A stretch of 63,962 nt of DNA, filler included, from Choristocarpus tenellus KU-1152 (Eukaryota; Protista; Phaeophyceae): assembly GCA_964200185.2 (NCBI GenBank). It is 12 parts of 12 records of this genome, joined end to end, with 100 filler letters (N's around TTAATTAATTAA, not from the genome) between each part and the next. Parts side by side here need not be neighbours in the genome. Positions count along the whole stretch, not along the records: positions 1 to 3,092 come from CAXNAD020022376.1; positions 3,193 to 6,344 come from CAXNAD020021927.1; positions 6,445 to 9,064 come from CAXNAD020026214.1; positions 9,165 to 26,289 come from CAXNAD020000721.1; 8 more parts are not named here. One strand, written 5' to 3'. A program made the position numbers and the translations under genes. Below are positions 1-13,055 of the stretch, piece by piece. Each line of letters starts with the position of its first letter. Position 1 is the stretch's first letter. The notes under the pieces are model-generated. The model was not told where the DNA came from. It made no database searches and saw only the letters and a list, made by a program, of their open reading frames with translations.

Positions 1-2222
1 ATTGCTGATGCTGCTGCAAAAAAAAAAAAACACTTCCGGGTGGCTAAAACAAGGGGGGTACTTGCAGCTGAGGAAATGCTACGGCTTTTGCTGGATGGTT
101 GTTGATACATTTGATTATTTTCATTGGCTATCCAATCCTTCCCTTTGTAAGTATCTGGACAAAGGTGTGGATAGAAAAATCTAGCTACAAAGGAAGATTT
201 AATAAGCTTTTAATCAGCACCTTATAAAAACCTGATGGATAATGTCATAGATTGGACAAGATAGCATTTTACGCAGTCTGGGGAGGTCAGCCTAGAATGA
301 GTGGATGTGCCTTGTGTATCTAGTGACTTTATTGAATCCAACGTTTAGTATTGTTAGCATATATGTGCTCATTTAGTGGGGAGATGATTTTGGTGAGTAC
401 AGAGGTAGTGGTAGAGCAAATGTGCTTTTTGTGTAAGGTGTTATTATAGGTGAGTTGTTGGTTATGTTTGCATTGATGATCTCAATGGTCGACTAGGTTT
501 TGAAACGTCCTTTTTCTCTGTTCCTGTGAGCAATATTTGGGTCCTGTTCTTTCTGAACCCATCCCCTATAATCTCATGAGTTTCCACATGGTTATGTACC
601 CCCTGATCTTTTCCTTCTACCTTAATGCTTACACTCACAGCAGCTTGCAGATGTGAAGTTTCAATTGGTATGACACTTTAGGCAGAGCATCTTTGAAACA
701 AGATAAGTATGTAAGTGGATGGTCGGTGTGCGATAACTTTGCAAGTACATGGGCTATCAAGGTATGTATTATTTGATGTTATGTCAGTGGTGCCAAGAGT
801 GATCACAATATTTCCTTTGCTTTCGTGAGGAGACTCATAATCACCTGCTTCTGGGAATCTTCACTGATATCTAGAGTGCCTTCTTGGTCCTTGTGAAGAA
901 GAGCCAAGCCATAGTATTTTGGTTACTTCATCAAGTGCTTGGAACTAGGTGATGCATCCATTTCAATTGTGTCCCAATCATTTCGTATCAACTCACCCCC
1001 CTCTGTAGTCCCCACCTGACATGGCAACTGATTTGCGGACACATTTTGCTGTATTTTGTCTGTCTCCACTCCCCCCGACAATGCCTGCACAAAGTCAGCA
1101 GTCTTACAAATGATAAACGATCTGTCTTCGGTGTGCATTTGATTGAACAGCTGCTTAATAAATCTATTGGAATTAATAGGACGTGGATGAGGTTGAAGTA
1201 GTCATTACTATTGTGCAGGATTGATTGCAGCACAACAATCTTCATCTTAAGTGGAGAAAAAAGGACTTCAGTGTCCTACAGAAGGCTATGGCGTTAAGCA
1301 ATAGAACAATCACCTTCTGGGGTGTGCTCAGAACATGCTCACACACTGAGAATCTCCCAGTTGAAATGGAATAGAGTTGTGACAATTTGTGCTACAGAAA
1401 GAGTTACTGTTAGTATTTATGGGTGAGTTGACCTTACGAATCTATGGGCTTAGATGGCCTTAGATTTGGTAGCTGTCGGGGGTACAAATTTATCACAAAT
1501 ATTATTGAAGGTATGAGTGCTCACAAGTATGCCCGTACAAAGGCGTTTTCCATTCTTCAGTACTGGATGCGTGTTGATATTTCCAAGACATTTATAATGT
1601 CCAATCAGGTGCGTATCACTATATTTGATTTGTATTCAGGAGGAGAAAATTTCCTTATGGATCTCAATCTGCTTACTCATTGAAACTTTTGAGGGATAAT
1701 ATGTAGTATATCACACACTCATGTTGATCATACCTGGTCATTTACCTCACCTATCTCACTTTTTTTTTAATTGCTCAACAATATTAGTAGTGTTAAGCAA
1801 AATGTAGCGCACTTGACCTGTGGCAGGATTGAGTTAGACTTTGTTCAAAGCTATCAAAGCACTCTGTTAGTGTAGTGGATCAAAAGGACACCATGAGTGT
1901 TTCATTAATTGATTCAATTAATTCCATTGAATCAAGGTGTGTGCCCAGCGCATGAATGAGGTGGCACTGAAGAAGCACTGAGTGCCAGACAGAAGAAGTA
2001 TAAATCAAAACTGGCATTGCACATATGTGAGACAAAGTAATGGACTGATTGAAAGGTTTTGATTAAAAGAATAAATCAACCCGATTAAATAAATGCGAAT
2101 CACTACACACACATGATTTTGTTGTACAGAAACACAATCTCCACGGGTTAGTTTAGGGCCACAAGCATCTGGCAATGAAACGATGTACAGGCACAAATAG
2201 TCTGCTTTTGGAGATGGTGCTT

Positions 2223-2481
2223 GAGTGAAAGTATCTTAGAGGGTACGAGTTTTGCCCTGTTTGTCCATTTGGGGCTTGGCTTCCCATTGGTTCTTTGATG
2301 ATATTTTCCTTCTCCAAAATGTTTAGGAGTAGGTAAAGTGTATACGTGATGAAAAGGTGTGTTCAGAACATGGATATTGACACTTCCTAATAAACACGAT
2401 GGCCAAAATTACATCAAAATCGCAACATTGGGTTTTGACCCCCAAATGGATGCGACTCTACCCTCAAAGATACTTCAGGTC
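2223..2481 (+). mobile_element. MITE family A (~255 bp), complete copy with 4-bp TSD GCTT
   Basis: TIRs GAGTGAAAGTATCTTAGAGGGTA ... TACCCTCAAAGATACTTCAGGTC; GCTT at 2219-2222 and 2482-2485; about 10 related copies in the window. Confidence 0.85.
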
Positions 2482-2984
2482 GCTTGACCCGGTCCTTGCT
2501 TCATACTTTCCTCTCAGAGAAGGGCATTGTACTTCTGGATGAGTGAGGTCTGGATGAAGCAAGGCTCAGAGAATGAATGGAATATGAAAACAGTGACTTT
2601 AATAATAAAGGCCTTGGCACACCACTGCAGCAGAGTGAGTGACAGACACAGTTGTAAGAAATAATAAGCACGCATTTATCTACTGTGTGGTGTGCTATCT
2701 TGACACATCATGCAAATTCTAGCTTGCAGAGGCCAAGAGCAAAGCATGAAAATAAACATCCACCAGTTACGATCACCCTCATTCCCTCCTCTACAGGAGT
2801 GGTTATATGCAACATACACCAAAATGCGTAAGACAATATATGTAGCAAGAGACTTACGACCTGCTAAAGCTCATCACACCCTGCCTTAGCCTGACCCAGC
2901 CATCTCCTCCTGGTTGGTTCAACCATCCCCCTGCAATTGGTTTCCATGTCTGTAAGGTTTTGTACAATGAAAAGGCTGTGTCCT

Positions 2985-3028
<44 letters not shown>

Positions 3029-3092
3029 AAACACCCCCAAAAACACAAATAACAACAAAAAGGACGGGGGGGGGAAAAGGGTAGGTCATGAT

Positions 3093-3192
3093 NNNNNNNN
3101 NNNNNNNNNNNNNNNNNNNNNNNNNNNNNNNNNNNNTTAATTAATTAANNNNNNNNNNNNNNNNNNNNNNNNNNNNNNNNNNNNNNNNNNNN
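3093..3192. other. Artificial contig spacer N44-TTAATTAATTAA-N44 (first of 11; others at 6345, 9065, 26290, 30713, 36892, 45585, 51101, 53970, 58083, 61081, each 100 nt)
   Basis: Identical 100-nt structure every time; TTAATTAATTAA gives stops in all six frames. Confidence 0.98.
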
Positions 3193-3693
3193 TTAGAATT
3201 TTAGATAACAGAAAGGAAAAGACCACTTTTTTCGATTGTCGATGCTCAGAGCGTCAAAAATACTGGGGTGCCCATTGAGGGCATAACCAGTAAAAGTGCA
3301 CTTGCATTGTCCATACCTTGTATGCAACCAAATCTCCCAAATATTGTGATATGATTAATTTGGAACCAAATAAATAGCCATAACTCTCCCCCACATACTT
3401 TGAGGTTATGACAAGTGTTACATTTCTAGTTTTTCTGACTTTAGAATAGTTTTGATTGGTTTTCCCTCTAACACGTTTCCAAAATGTGGAAATCTATATT
3501 CATAGAGTATATTTCAATTTATATGGCACATACAATTCTTGGATGGGTTTCAAACATTAGAAGAACCAAATATGATATACAGTATAACATTCAACCAATA
3601 GGTACCTACCTACCAATTACACCATTCATGACCGAGATGAGATGATCCACAACACGAAGACAATTTTAAGGTAGTAACATACTACCTACCTGG

Positions 3694-5080
3694 ATGCTTC
3701 ACCCAACCATCTTCAGAAACGTCGTCAATCCTTGTCCTAAACGAACGTTCATAATGCACGGACTACGGTTCACCTTTGTCACATCAGTGTTTGCAGGACT
3801 GACCCTCATCGATTTTTGTCGATCTATAATGCTCAACAACAAAACAGAATTGGAAGGGACGTTCGAAAAGCTAGATCGATCCTTTTCCCAGTCAAGCCTC
3901 AACTCTTCCCTTGAAGTCATTCATAAGACAGTCTACAGTGATAAACTGCGCCTTATATTCTTCGCTGGCCTGGAGGGTACTGGTCATCATTATTGGTATC
4001 AAGTTAATGGTTTGTGTTTAGGGAATAAATGGTGCACCACTAACTGCGAACTATCGCACGCGCTATACCCTGAATTAGCGACAGCGCCAACATTGGCTGA
4101 GTACAATGGTGCAATTGAGAAGCTTGAACACGGCCTGGATGACCTGAAAAAGTTAGAGGATGAGGTTGCTGTTGGGAATAGGTCAGAAAGCAATGGATTT
4201 AATGGATTGATCGTCCCAGTCAATGCAGCTCCCTGCGGATCTACAGGCATGATGTCCTATCCAAACTATGGTGGTGTACACAAGGCTTTGCAGTACGTGA
4301 ATATTATCCTCCTAGCGCAGATGAGCGAGGAGAAGGGAATTGATTTACGTATCATCTACCTCCAGCGCTCTTCAGTAGATATTATCAGGTGGGATGATCA
4401 GTTTTGGAATCACTTCACTAATTAGCCGCTCCCTCTCGTCGAATTGTCTCTTCCTCTTTCAGCTGAAGGCCTTCTCCGCGAAGATGTTGAGGGGTAGGGA
4501 GAGAATATCCCTTTCTGGATATATCGTGCTCATTATTTTCTTTGTTGTTGGACGCTTTAAAAAGGTCAACAGAATCGACCTCACACTTGATTTTGTCTCG
4601 CCGTTAACCCACCCCCTACTTTTAGCTTCTGAGGTGTGTTGGACGTCTTGAATTCACATTGCCGTGATTACCACTTGTGCCCCATGAGAGCGAAATATTT
4701 CTCCAAGTAATGATAGGTATTGCGTTGATTGTGCAAGGCATGTCGGACTATTACGGTAACCCCCTTCCCTTCACTCCCTTCTCTCTGCTGTTCCCACCCT
4801 TTGTGTATGTGTCATCCTGCTATTTGCCTTTTCAAGATCTGATGATAGGAGGGGTTTTGGTGGAGGTTTCATGACTGAGTCCAGGACCCTCGGAGTAGAT
4901 GCGAATGCCTTGTCGTACATGCTCTCCAACATTGACTCGAAGTTCGTGGAGTGCTTTAATTTCGCCGTGACTGACGACCCCGAGGAATTCTTGAGGATTG
5001 CGACATTCATCTCTCCAAACAAAGGCATTGCAGATGAGATGACAGCTGTCCTTGAGGAGACATTTCACATACCCAGGTGA
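3694..5080 (+). CDS. Sulfotransferase-like (P-loop) protein with N-terminal signal/anchor; exons ~3694/3754-4389 and 4837-5076/5080
   Basis: LIFFAGLEGTGHH resembles a 5'-PSB-like motif; DLRIIYLQRS strand; hydrophobic N-terminus; GT-AG join CAG|gtggga...ttcaag|A keeps frame into RSDDRRGFGGG. Confidence 0.7.
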
Positions 5081-5655
5081 GGAATCATGCCTACCTGATT
5101 CACGCAGGTCCTCCTGCAAGTCCAATGTTCATTACAACCTCTGTGATTCAGGATAGAATGATAGAGTAGGACATAAAAAAAAAAAATCACATCAAGTCAC
5201 CGTCTACTACTTCAGCATATATATTCGTGTTTTCTTCTCAACTGCTGGATGTACCATTTATGGTGATATAAGGTTAGGGTTGAGGTATAGAGTCTTTCAA
5301 GGACACTTTGCAATTACTCTTGGTTCTTCAACAAGTTGTGGCTACTCTACTCTCACATCTCACATTCCATGTACCACATTCCATGTACCACACTCCATTG
5401 CAATATACTCTAACTACTGCTCCTTAAGAACCTTACAAACGTTGTATTATAAATGGACGAAGTATGTTGTGTGAACGATGGATGGATTTATCAGTTTTCG
5501 TGTGTTCTTCCAAAGGTTGGGGGGTGTTGTATCGACTGAGTGGAAAGGGACAAATCAGATAAAGACCTTTTCACCCTTGGGAATACCCTATCTCTGCCCT
5601 GGCCCATCAGTACTTTATTTATATTGCCCCATTCATCACCGTGCTGATGCAAACC

Positions 5656-6152
5656 AACTGAAAAGTAGGCAAATTTGGACCCTTTTGCATTCCAATCTGT
5701 CTTTCTTAACCCTATGCAGCATACTCTATTTCATTCCTTTAGGTGCAAAATAGTGTACGCAGAATTGGAGTCAAAGTGTCTTAGAGGGTAGGGTCATGTC
5801 CATTTGGGGACAAAATCCAATGTTGTGATTTTGATGTAATTTTGGCTATTGCTTTTGTTAGGAAGTGTCATTATCCTTGTTCGGACACACCTTTTCATAA
5901 TGCATACATTTTACATACTCTGAAACATTTTGTAGTAGGTAAAATGTCATAAAAATCCTGTTGGAAGCCAAGCCCCAAATGGACAAACAGGGCAAAAATC
6001 GTACCCTCTAAGATAATTTCAATCTTCTTCCCCCATCACGCCCACAAAGTGACACCGCAATTAAGCAAAGGCTCTTTTGGCAATGGTGCAAAATGACAAA
6101 CTTTATTCTTTCTCGGGACCCTTAAAATGCAACACTATCTACCTATCAATTG
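5656..6152. mobile_element. MITE family C copy interrupted by a family A insertion
   Basis: 5656-5767 plus 6025-6152 align with the uninterrupted copy at 23969-24209; family TIR consensus CA(A/T)TTGAGAGGTAGGC ... GCCTACCTCTCAATTG, degenerate in this copy. Confidence 0.7.
5768..6024 (-). mobile_element. MITE family A, inverted copy
   Basis: Reverse-complement similarity to 2223-2481; ends GAGTCAAAGTGTCTTAGAGGGTAG ... TACCCTCTAAGATAATTTCAATC. Confidence 0.85.
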
Positions 6153-6344
6153 ACTCCAAGTATCTGGGGGGGGTGACGGCTGTCCATTTGAGGCCCATCT
6201 TTCCATGTCGTGATTTTGGTTGAATTTGTTTGCATGTGTTGGATGGATAATGTAAGTGCACTTCTCGTCAGGACCTGAATGGACACCCTGGTGTAGACTC
6301 CCCCCTCCCCCCCCCCCCCCCCCCCCCCACCAGCCCCCACCCGT
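6152..6344 (+). mobile_element. MITE family B (poly-G/poly-C TIRs), truncated at gap
   Basis: GACTCCAAGTATCTGGGGGGGGG start; internal similarity to 25131-25316 and 53181-53383. Confidence 0.8.
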
Positions 6345-8086
6345 NNNNNNNNNNNNNNNNNNNNNNNNNNNNNNNNNNNNNNNNNNNNTTAATTAATTAA
6401 NNNNNNNNNNNNNNNNNNNNNNNNNNNNNNNNNNNNNNNNNNNNCCTTTAGAAGAGGTCGCAAAGCAGGTGGAGGTAGCCATCGACGGTGCGCCGTAGTC
6501 CCACACACGAAGAAGTTAGAGTTAGGGTTAGGGTCTGGAGCGTAAGTACGTATATGTTGCAATTTAGTCCACCAACATGAGCACTTCTTCTAACCCTAAC
6601 CCTAACGCCAAGAAGCGACAGATTGTACAGAAAGGCTTGAACTAAAACTCACCAATAGAGCCCAACAAGAGGCTTACACACATCTAAAGTGCATGTAGGT
6701 CGCTTCATTAAAGAAGTAACGGAAAGTTGCTTCAAAGAAATCAGCACCGAAATATTCATCAAATTTATAGTATGTACTGTAATGAAAACAAGGAGCTGGA
6801 AGTGAATGCTTCCAAGAAAAAATAGTAGCTGATAATCTACTACACCACTACTGCACTGCAGGGAGAAGAACATATGAGAGGATCACAAGAACCAAGATAT
6901 AACCAACATATACCCCACAGTATCAAAAAAGAAAAGGAGGTGTGGAGCAAAGCAATGGCAAGAGAAGTAACTCCTTCTACATAGGATTGATCGTGTTCCC
7001 AAGTACCTATACCTGAACAGTCTGCACCACCAGACCAGAAATTGCAGCAGCAACAATTCTGTGATGCTCTCTCAGCAAATCAGCATCCTCCCTCTCCTCA
7101 GTACATGACCCCTGCTCACTAAGAGAAGGTCCAGAGAAAAAAAAGGGGATACGGCATAGACACTTTACTGTGATTTGCTTCAGCAGCACACAACCAAGTA
7201 CATTTCAACAGCATGATAGCCGTGAACTCTGTTTCTATAGGGGGTATTCAGGGATGAAGTTACAGCACTTTTGGAAAATCATGCTTGAGCAGAAGAATCG
7301 CTTCTGAGCTTTCCTAATGCAATGGAAAAATGGCAGGCAAAGGCAGGAAGGAACCTGTGCAACAGTTGACTTGTTGACCTTGTCTCCAGTCCAGTGAAAT
7401 TTATTACCCATCGTCCAACATCGTACTCAATGAATAAGAAAAGTGTAGAAAGGTAAGCGAATATTGATGCACATTGTGCATCATGTTTGGGATGACATAT
7501 TTTGCCCTGTTCTGGGAACAAGGAGGGTGGGTTACCTTCCGAGTATTGATGAGAGTTTGGGGAACATAGGCGTTGGTGTTTCACAGTTGTACTTGTACTA
7601 GGGGTGCCTCTGCAGGAGTTCAGTTGACTTTAACAACCATCAAGAGTACAACTGAGTGTGATGATTATGGGTTGAATATGGCTTGATCATTGAGAGAATT
7701 TGCAAGGGTCACCTTTCAGCAATGATCTCAAGGAGAGAACCTCAAAAGAGACGATACAGTGCAGAGGAGCAACACAGAGCGTCTCTCCTACCACCTGTTT
7801 TAAAGTGGACAGAGAACTCAATCCTGTAGGTGGTGCTAGCATCACCAATACGGTCGCTGCATGCATAACCTCCTTGGACAAAATTGTACGCCTAACTAAT
7901 CCAAGCCTTCAGCTGTATTGCGTCCGAAAACTTCCCCCACCTGATCCCTCCTGGTTACCTTTCAGTCGCCTAGCAATTGGCTAGAAATTCTCACGCGGCA
8001 ATAACCGAGGGCGAGTATCACAGATTGAGCGTAAGAAGGGAATAGTCAATGGACAGGGACAGCAGATCATGGATTTTTTCCCATAC

Positions 8087-8428
8087 CTCTTTGTCCATGG
8101 CAACCCACAGTTCGAAGCCGAAGAACACGGCCAGGCCAGGGTAGAGGATGAATGCCAATACTTTGTTCACGAATATGACAGGTTGCTCAAAATGTGAGAT
8201 CACTGCAAGCCGGTTGCTGTTCGCAACCTTCAGTTTCGCCAGCAGAAAAAGAATCAGGAAGAAGATACCGAGCTCGGAGAGCAACTCCATGACGGCAAGC
8301 GGCACCTCGCAGGACACCTCCCATCTTCCCCCAAAGAAAATGCTAAGGTTCACTGCCGATTGAAGCCCATTCATAAGACTTATGTCGAACAGGAGAAGGT
8401 GGAGTGTCCTGAAGATCCATTGGGAAGC
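8087..8428 (-). CDS. Internal exon of a multi-pass membrane protein (family unassigned); further possible exons near 7690-7880 and 7012-7118
   Basis: atcag| ... AAAGAG|gtatgg boundaries; three hydrophobic segments including LGIFFLILFLLA and VLAFILYPGLAVFFGF. Confidence 0.5.
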
Positions 8429-9194
8429 CTGATACAATCATTGCTTTCATCATGGGTTGTCATAGTTGAGACAAAGATCCAAAGGTTCACACGGAGGCAT
8501 CATCACGCACAGCCTTTGTCAAAGTACAACACCTGAAATTTGCTGATCCACCACTTTCACCAGTCACTCGGTAGATGCATGTAGGACAGGCTGGTCAGCC
8601 TATTCAGAAAAAATCTCCATTATATCAGATTCGCGGAGTGTCCGTTTATTGAGTTCTACTTTAGACAGGCAGATAGTTCTTGTTCTAAAGCAGCACCCCA
8701 TCAGGATAGCGTTTTGATCATTTATGAGAAGGTGATATAGAGTATACTCAAATTCATTGTTTTGGTACATTACAATACTTAGGGCTAGGGTTAGTACTTT
8801 GACCTCAAAAATATTGTGTCAATGTTAGTCTGATACTAACATTCTGAAATTGCTCGGCATGGAGATTAAATTGGACCACACAAATGAACTTGAAGTACAC
8901 TGCTGATAGCTCAACTCAAAAGTTGTTGGTGAGGTGTGTTCATACTGTGAGTTACCAAGGTTCCTGACTGATACATCGTCGCTACTGCTCTGGGTTTATA
9001 ACAGCCGATCACCAAAATTGAGGATGGAGCATACTATGGAGGATGGGTTTGACCCAAAATGGTGNNNNNNNNNNNNNNNNNNNNNNNNNNNNNNNNNNNN
9101 NNNNNNNNTTAATTAATTAANNNNNNNNNNNNNNNNNNNNNNNNNNNNNNNNNNNNNNNNNNNNAAAAACAAACAAATGTTTTTTTCTGGGGCC

Positions 9195-9227
<33 letters not shown>

Positions 9228-10112
9228 AGATACTTTGACCCCTTAGCCTATTGCTCTTGCCGGTCACCTGCCCACAGCATCACAGCGAGGGGGATCCGAT
9301 CCTGGCAGGAGCTGTGTGATACACACGACAAGCCTTTTGCTACCAATAGGAGTCAGCACGTAGAGCCAAAGCATAAAGGTCAAAGTGCACAAGAGATCCA
9401 GCAAAACAAATGCATGTTGCAACACACGCATTGGACATGTGGATGCCAGCACAACTCAGTGTCCAACGCAGGGTGTTCCGCCTAGGGCACACCAAACCTC
9501 TTGGCCCAAGCAAGTCTTCGTAACAAACTATCCAACCCCAGTATCATACACTCCATAGGATACGAAGAATCTTTCAGATATACTTTAGAAGAATATAACT
9601 CTACATGTATTTTTTTGTTCATATATGCTCTTCCATATACCCTACCCCCTAACCACACGCACACGCATACACACACACACAAATATAGTCGAATACCATC
9701 ACATCTTCTCATTTCAAATTTCAAATTTCACAACACCCGTGAACATTGTTTCAATAGAGCACATTCACAGATCGCTGAAGTCAGCGACATCTCCGTGTGT
9801 ATCTGGCGAGCTTGTATTCGCCCTAGTCGTTTCAGTTTAGCAGCAGAACAGCATGGCAAAGTCGCAGGGGTAGAAAACCAATAGGAGAGAGGGGGGGAGA
9901 TGGTGGGGTAAGAGAGGAGTTCCGTCATTTTCCTGTTGCAGCAAAATGCCAGGGGAGTATGATTATCGATACTGAGTGCTTTGTAGTGATGAGGAGGTGT
10001 AGGATTGGGATACCAATGTTAGCCAGATGATGATAGCAACCAGAAGCAAGATAGCAGTTCCACATAAAACACCCGCATTCAGCTGCACACTGCTGTACAA
10101 TACAAAGCATAC

Positions 10113-10545
10113 CTGTTCTCGGTGTGGTCTTGGGTGTCACTGAGTCCATCACCCTCCCCCGACTGACGAGGGATGGAGGGTCCTCCCCCATTCCTGGTCT
10201 GAAGGAGGAGTTTGTAGACCAATTCCGAGAGCTCACGGATCCTCTCCTTTGTGTTCTTCTCCTCCTCTGGCCCCATGGTGTTGCTTTTCGCTCTGGCCTT
10301 CAGGTGAGTGATTTCCAGGTTGATCACGTCCACATTTAATGCGGCTGTGTTCGTTGGTACCCTAGATGAGGCTGTGTGATTTCCCCCATTCTTGGTCTGA
10401 AGGAAGAGTTTGTATGCCTGTTCTGAGAGCTCATGGAGCCTCTCCATTGCACTCTCCTCCTCCTCTGCCCCCATGGTATTGCTCTCCACTTCTGCCTTCA
10501 GGCGAGCGGCTTCTAGATCGATCTTGTGCATGTAGAATGTGTCCA
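10113..10545 (-). CDS. Unknown protein exon containing two tandem 66-aa helical repeats
   Basis: Stop-free; KIDLEAARLKA..NTMG.EEE...ER..ELSE..YKL.LQT.NGG occurs twice 198 bp apart; donor AG|gtatgc. Confidence 0.45.
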
Positions 10546-10930
10546 TGAAGCACAACGCAATGGGAATGAGGAGGGAGTGAGGATGCACGGTGCTTTGGGG
10601 AGCATTAATGGTAGAAGAGAGCACGGTCATTCAACAAAGGGTTGGGATGCAATGCAACGTGGTGTTACCTGATCCCTATATTTTCATATGTTGAAACTTC
10701 CCACCTCAAAACGACTGCAGCACGAATACTTCAAGTACTACATTGCATGACATTAGTAGCAGTATGAAACACATCTTAGTGATCAACAAAACAGTGGAAA
10801 AATTGTAGTAAGCAGTTCCCACCTCCAAGGTACGCCAATGGAGGTAGTATCAGTGGAGGAAAGACTGGAGTGATGACTATCAGCATTACAGAAGAAAACA
10901 CTTGAGTCACATTCTACAAATCCCAAAGGC

Positions 10931-13055
10931 TCAGGCCTCAGTGCAAATGTGTGTGTGTGTGTGTGTGTTATTATGTTTCCATAATATTGAGCCCTGGGCA
11001 TTCACAACCTCACTTCCACTCCCCCATAAAATTTCTGGTACCCCAATCAATAGTTGAGGGTGCCTGGGAAGTTCTTGGCAGTCACGTTTGAGCGTCTTGA
11101 AGCATTTACAGAACGATTTAATCTCGAACTCCCCCTGACTTGGTTTAATGGAACAATTCTGCTTTGAAAAATTCAACGTCAATCCAATTCCTTCCAGCAA
11201 ACATCTCTTCTTGTCTTTTGTTGACGAGTGATAAACGGTAACTCCACTGCGGCACTAATATCATTTTCTCTTCCCCTGCAGCACTACCTGCATCAAGCTG
11301 AGAACACAACAACAGCCCACCACGTACCTCTGTGTGCTTGATTTCCCAGAGTCTGTCAGACAGCACTCGAGAGGAAGATCTTGTCTGCATTTGGGACTGA
11401 GACGGTGCCTGAACATTGGTTGCCTTTCCCGTCCTTGCCTTTTTTGTTGTGGCAGGACGTTCGGGTAATACCACTTCGCTACCTGGTCCGGGTGCACCAC
11501 AGGTCAAGAATCCAAGTTGGCTATGTTGGCACTTTAGGAACGGAAAAGGGCTTCTTCTACTAACTGTTCCTAAGAAATACAACAAACAGGTGTCTCCACA
11601 AGAGCTTGCACTGCTGCAAAGTATATGCAAGGAAGTGCTACCATGTTAGGCATGTATCTTGTTCCTCTCCAAAATGTCTCCCAATAGCGGGAACGATTTG
11701 GTTCCAACCAGTGCGGTGGAAGGGATACCACGTACAGGAAGAGAGATCTTCCCATTGAGGCCTAGAGTACTACCTCTCACCAGATGGATATGAATATTTT
11801 GAAAGACGAGAATCACATGTCCACGAACCCATACCAAGTACAAGAAGAAAGCGCTACTCCTGGTTGAAGGGTATTGTATGCATGTCCTACCCTCCTCCTC
11901 CTCGACCTCACCTCTCTTCCCCTTTGCCTTCTGTCTCTTACGCTGTGGAGAAGGAGATGCCACCTGTTGAGAACGACCCCTGTGGTCTTTCCTCTTCAAG
12001 TGGGCACCTGAAAACCGACTGCTGCGTCTTGGCTCATGGGGCACTGCTGGGGTCTGGAGGCTGTGGGTAGAGTCGGTCGCCATTGTTGGTGTCGACTCTC
12101 CAAGATCAGGCAACTCAACCTTAACTGGGACGTTGGATTCAAAACCTGTGCCCACAGTAGCCTTTTCCTCCTTCACTCCACTTGCAGTGCCCCACAACAG
12201 AGATGGTCTGGCATGGTAACCTGCGGTAGGTATTTCCATCGGCTCGAGTTTGATGGGTATCACCAAATCGTAAAGAACACCTCCCCCCGTGCTGTCAGGG
12301 CCAACACGTGACGTAGATTGAGCAGCAGAACCGGTCCCAGTCTCCACTCCAGACGAAAGAGGCAAGGAATGATGGCGGGCTTTCCCTTTCCCCTTTCCTC
12401 CGGCAGCCTTGCCCTTACCTTTTCCCCTCCTTGCACCCTGGCCACCCTCAGAGGCCTCAGCAGGAATCACTTCAGCTTGTGACCAGCCCTCTGCTGAAGG
12501 TTGCAGTACATATAGAAGGAGATGACTGTACATTGAAGGTATGAGGTTGAGGTAGGGTACGTTGCCTTGGTGGACTGCAACGACGGTAGCTCCTGGGGGA
12601 ACAACCACAACAAATCTGGTGGCAGTGGGGAATGTATTTGTTGCCCCGATGGTGCCGATTGTGATGGCAGCCCCCACTGTGTGCAGAGGCAGGTGCTGAC
12701 ACATAGAAGGATCATTGTCCAAGTAGTGGACATGGCCTTCATTTACGGCAACAACAGTACCACCTGGGGGAACTTCCACTACAAATCTGGTGGAGACAGG
12801 GTACTCATTTGTTGCCTCATCAATGCCGAGTGCGATGACTGGCCTTCCTGCTGCTTTTGTTGGTATATTCACGGGGCGTGACGAGGAGCATGGGGGTCCA
12901 CCAATGTTTGGTTGATGTGCAGGGAGAAGATTTGGTATATGTTCGATTTGCTGCACTTAACAAGAGGGAGTCAACTTGGCAAGCAAATAGACCACGCTCG
13001 GGTGGCCCAATTCTGAACAAGTGGGAGAGTAGCAGCTACTCAGCCGTGCCATCTT
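10931..13055 (-). pseudogene. Long degenerate reading frame (>600 codons) with a 2x57-aa internal repeat and a basic low-complexity region
   Basis: The 436-aa ORF (11646-12956) and 161-aa ORF (11145-11630) share a frame across a single TAA; another TAA lies at ~12957-12959; probable frameshift into the 10931-11200 frame. Confidence 0.5.

Noticed and set aside
2864-3140. Poly-Gly/poly-Pro ORFs (also 6146-6340, 9177-9485, 36730-36939)
   Set aside because: Translations of G/C homopolymers at contig ends or in MITE B arms.
3093-3192. Recurring TTAATTAATTAA palindrome
   Set aside because: Always centred in N runs of fixed length; an assembly linker, not biology.
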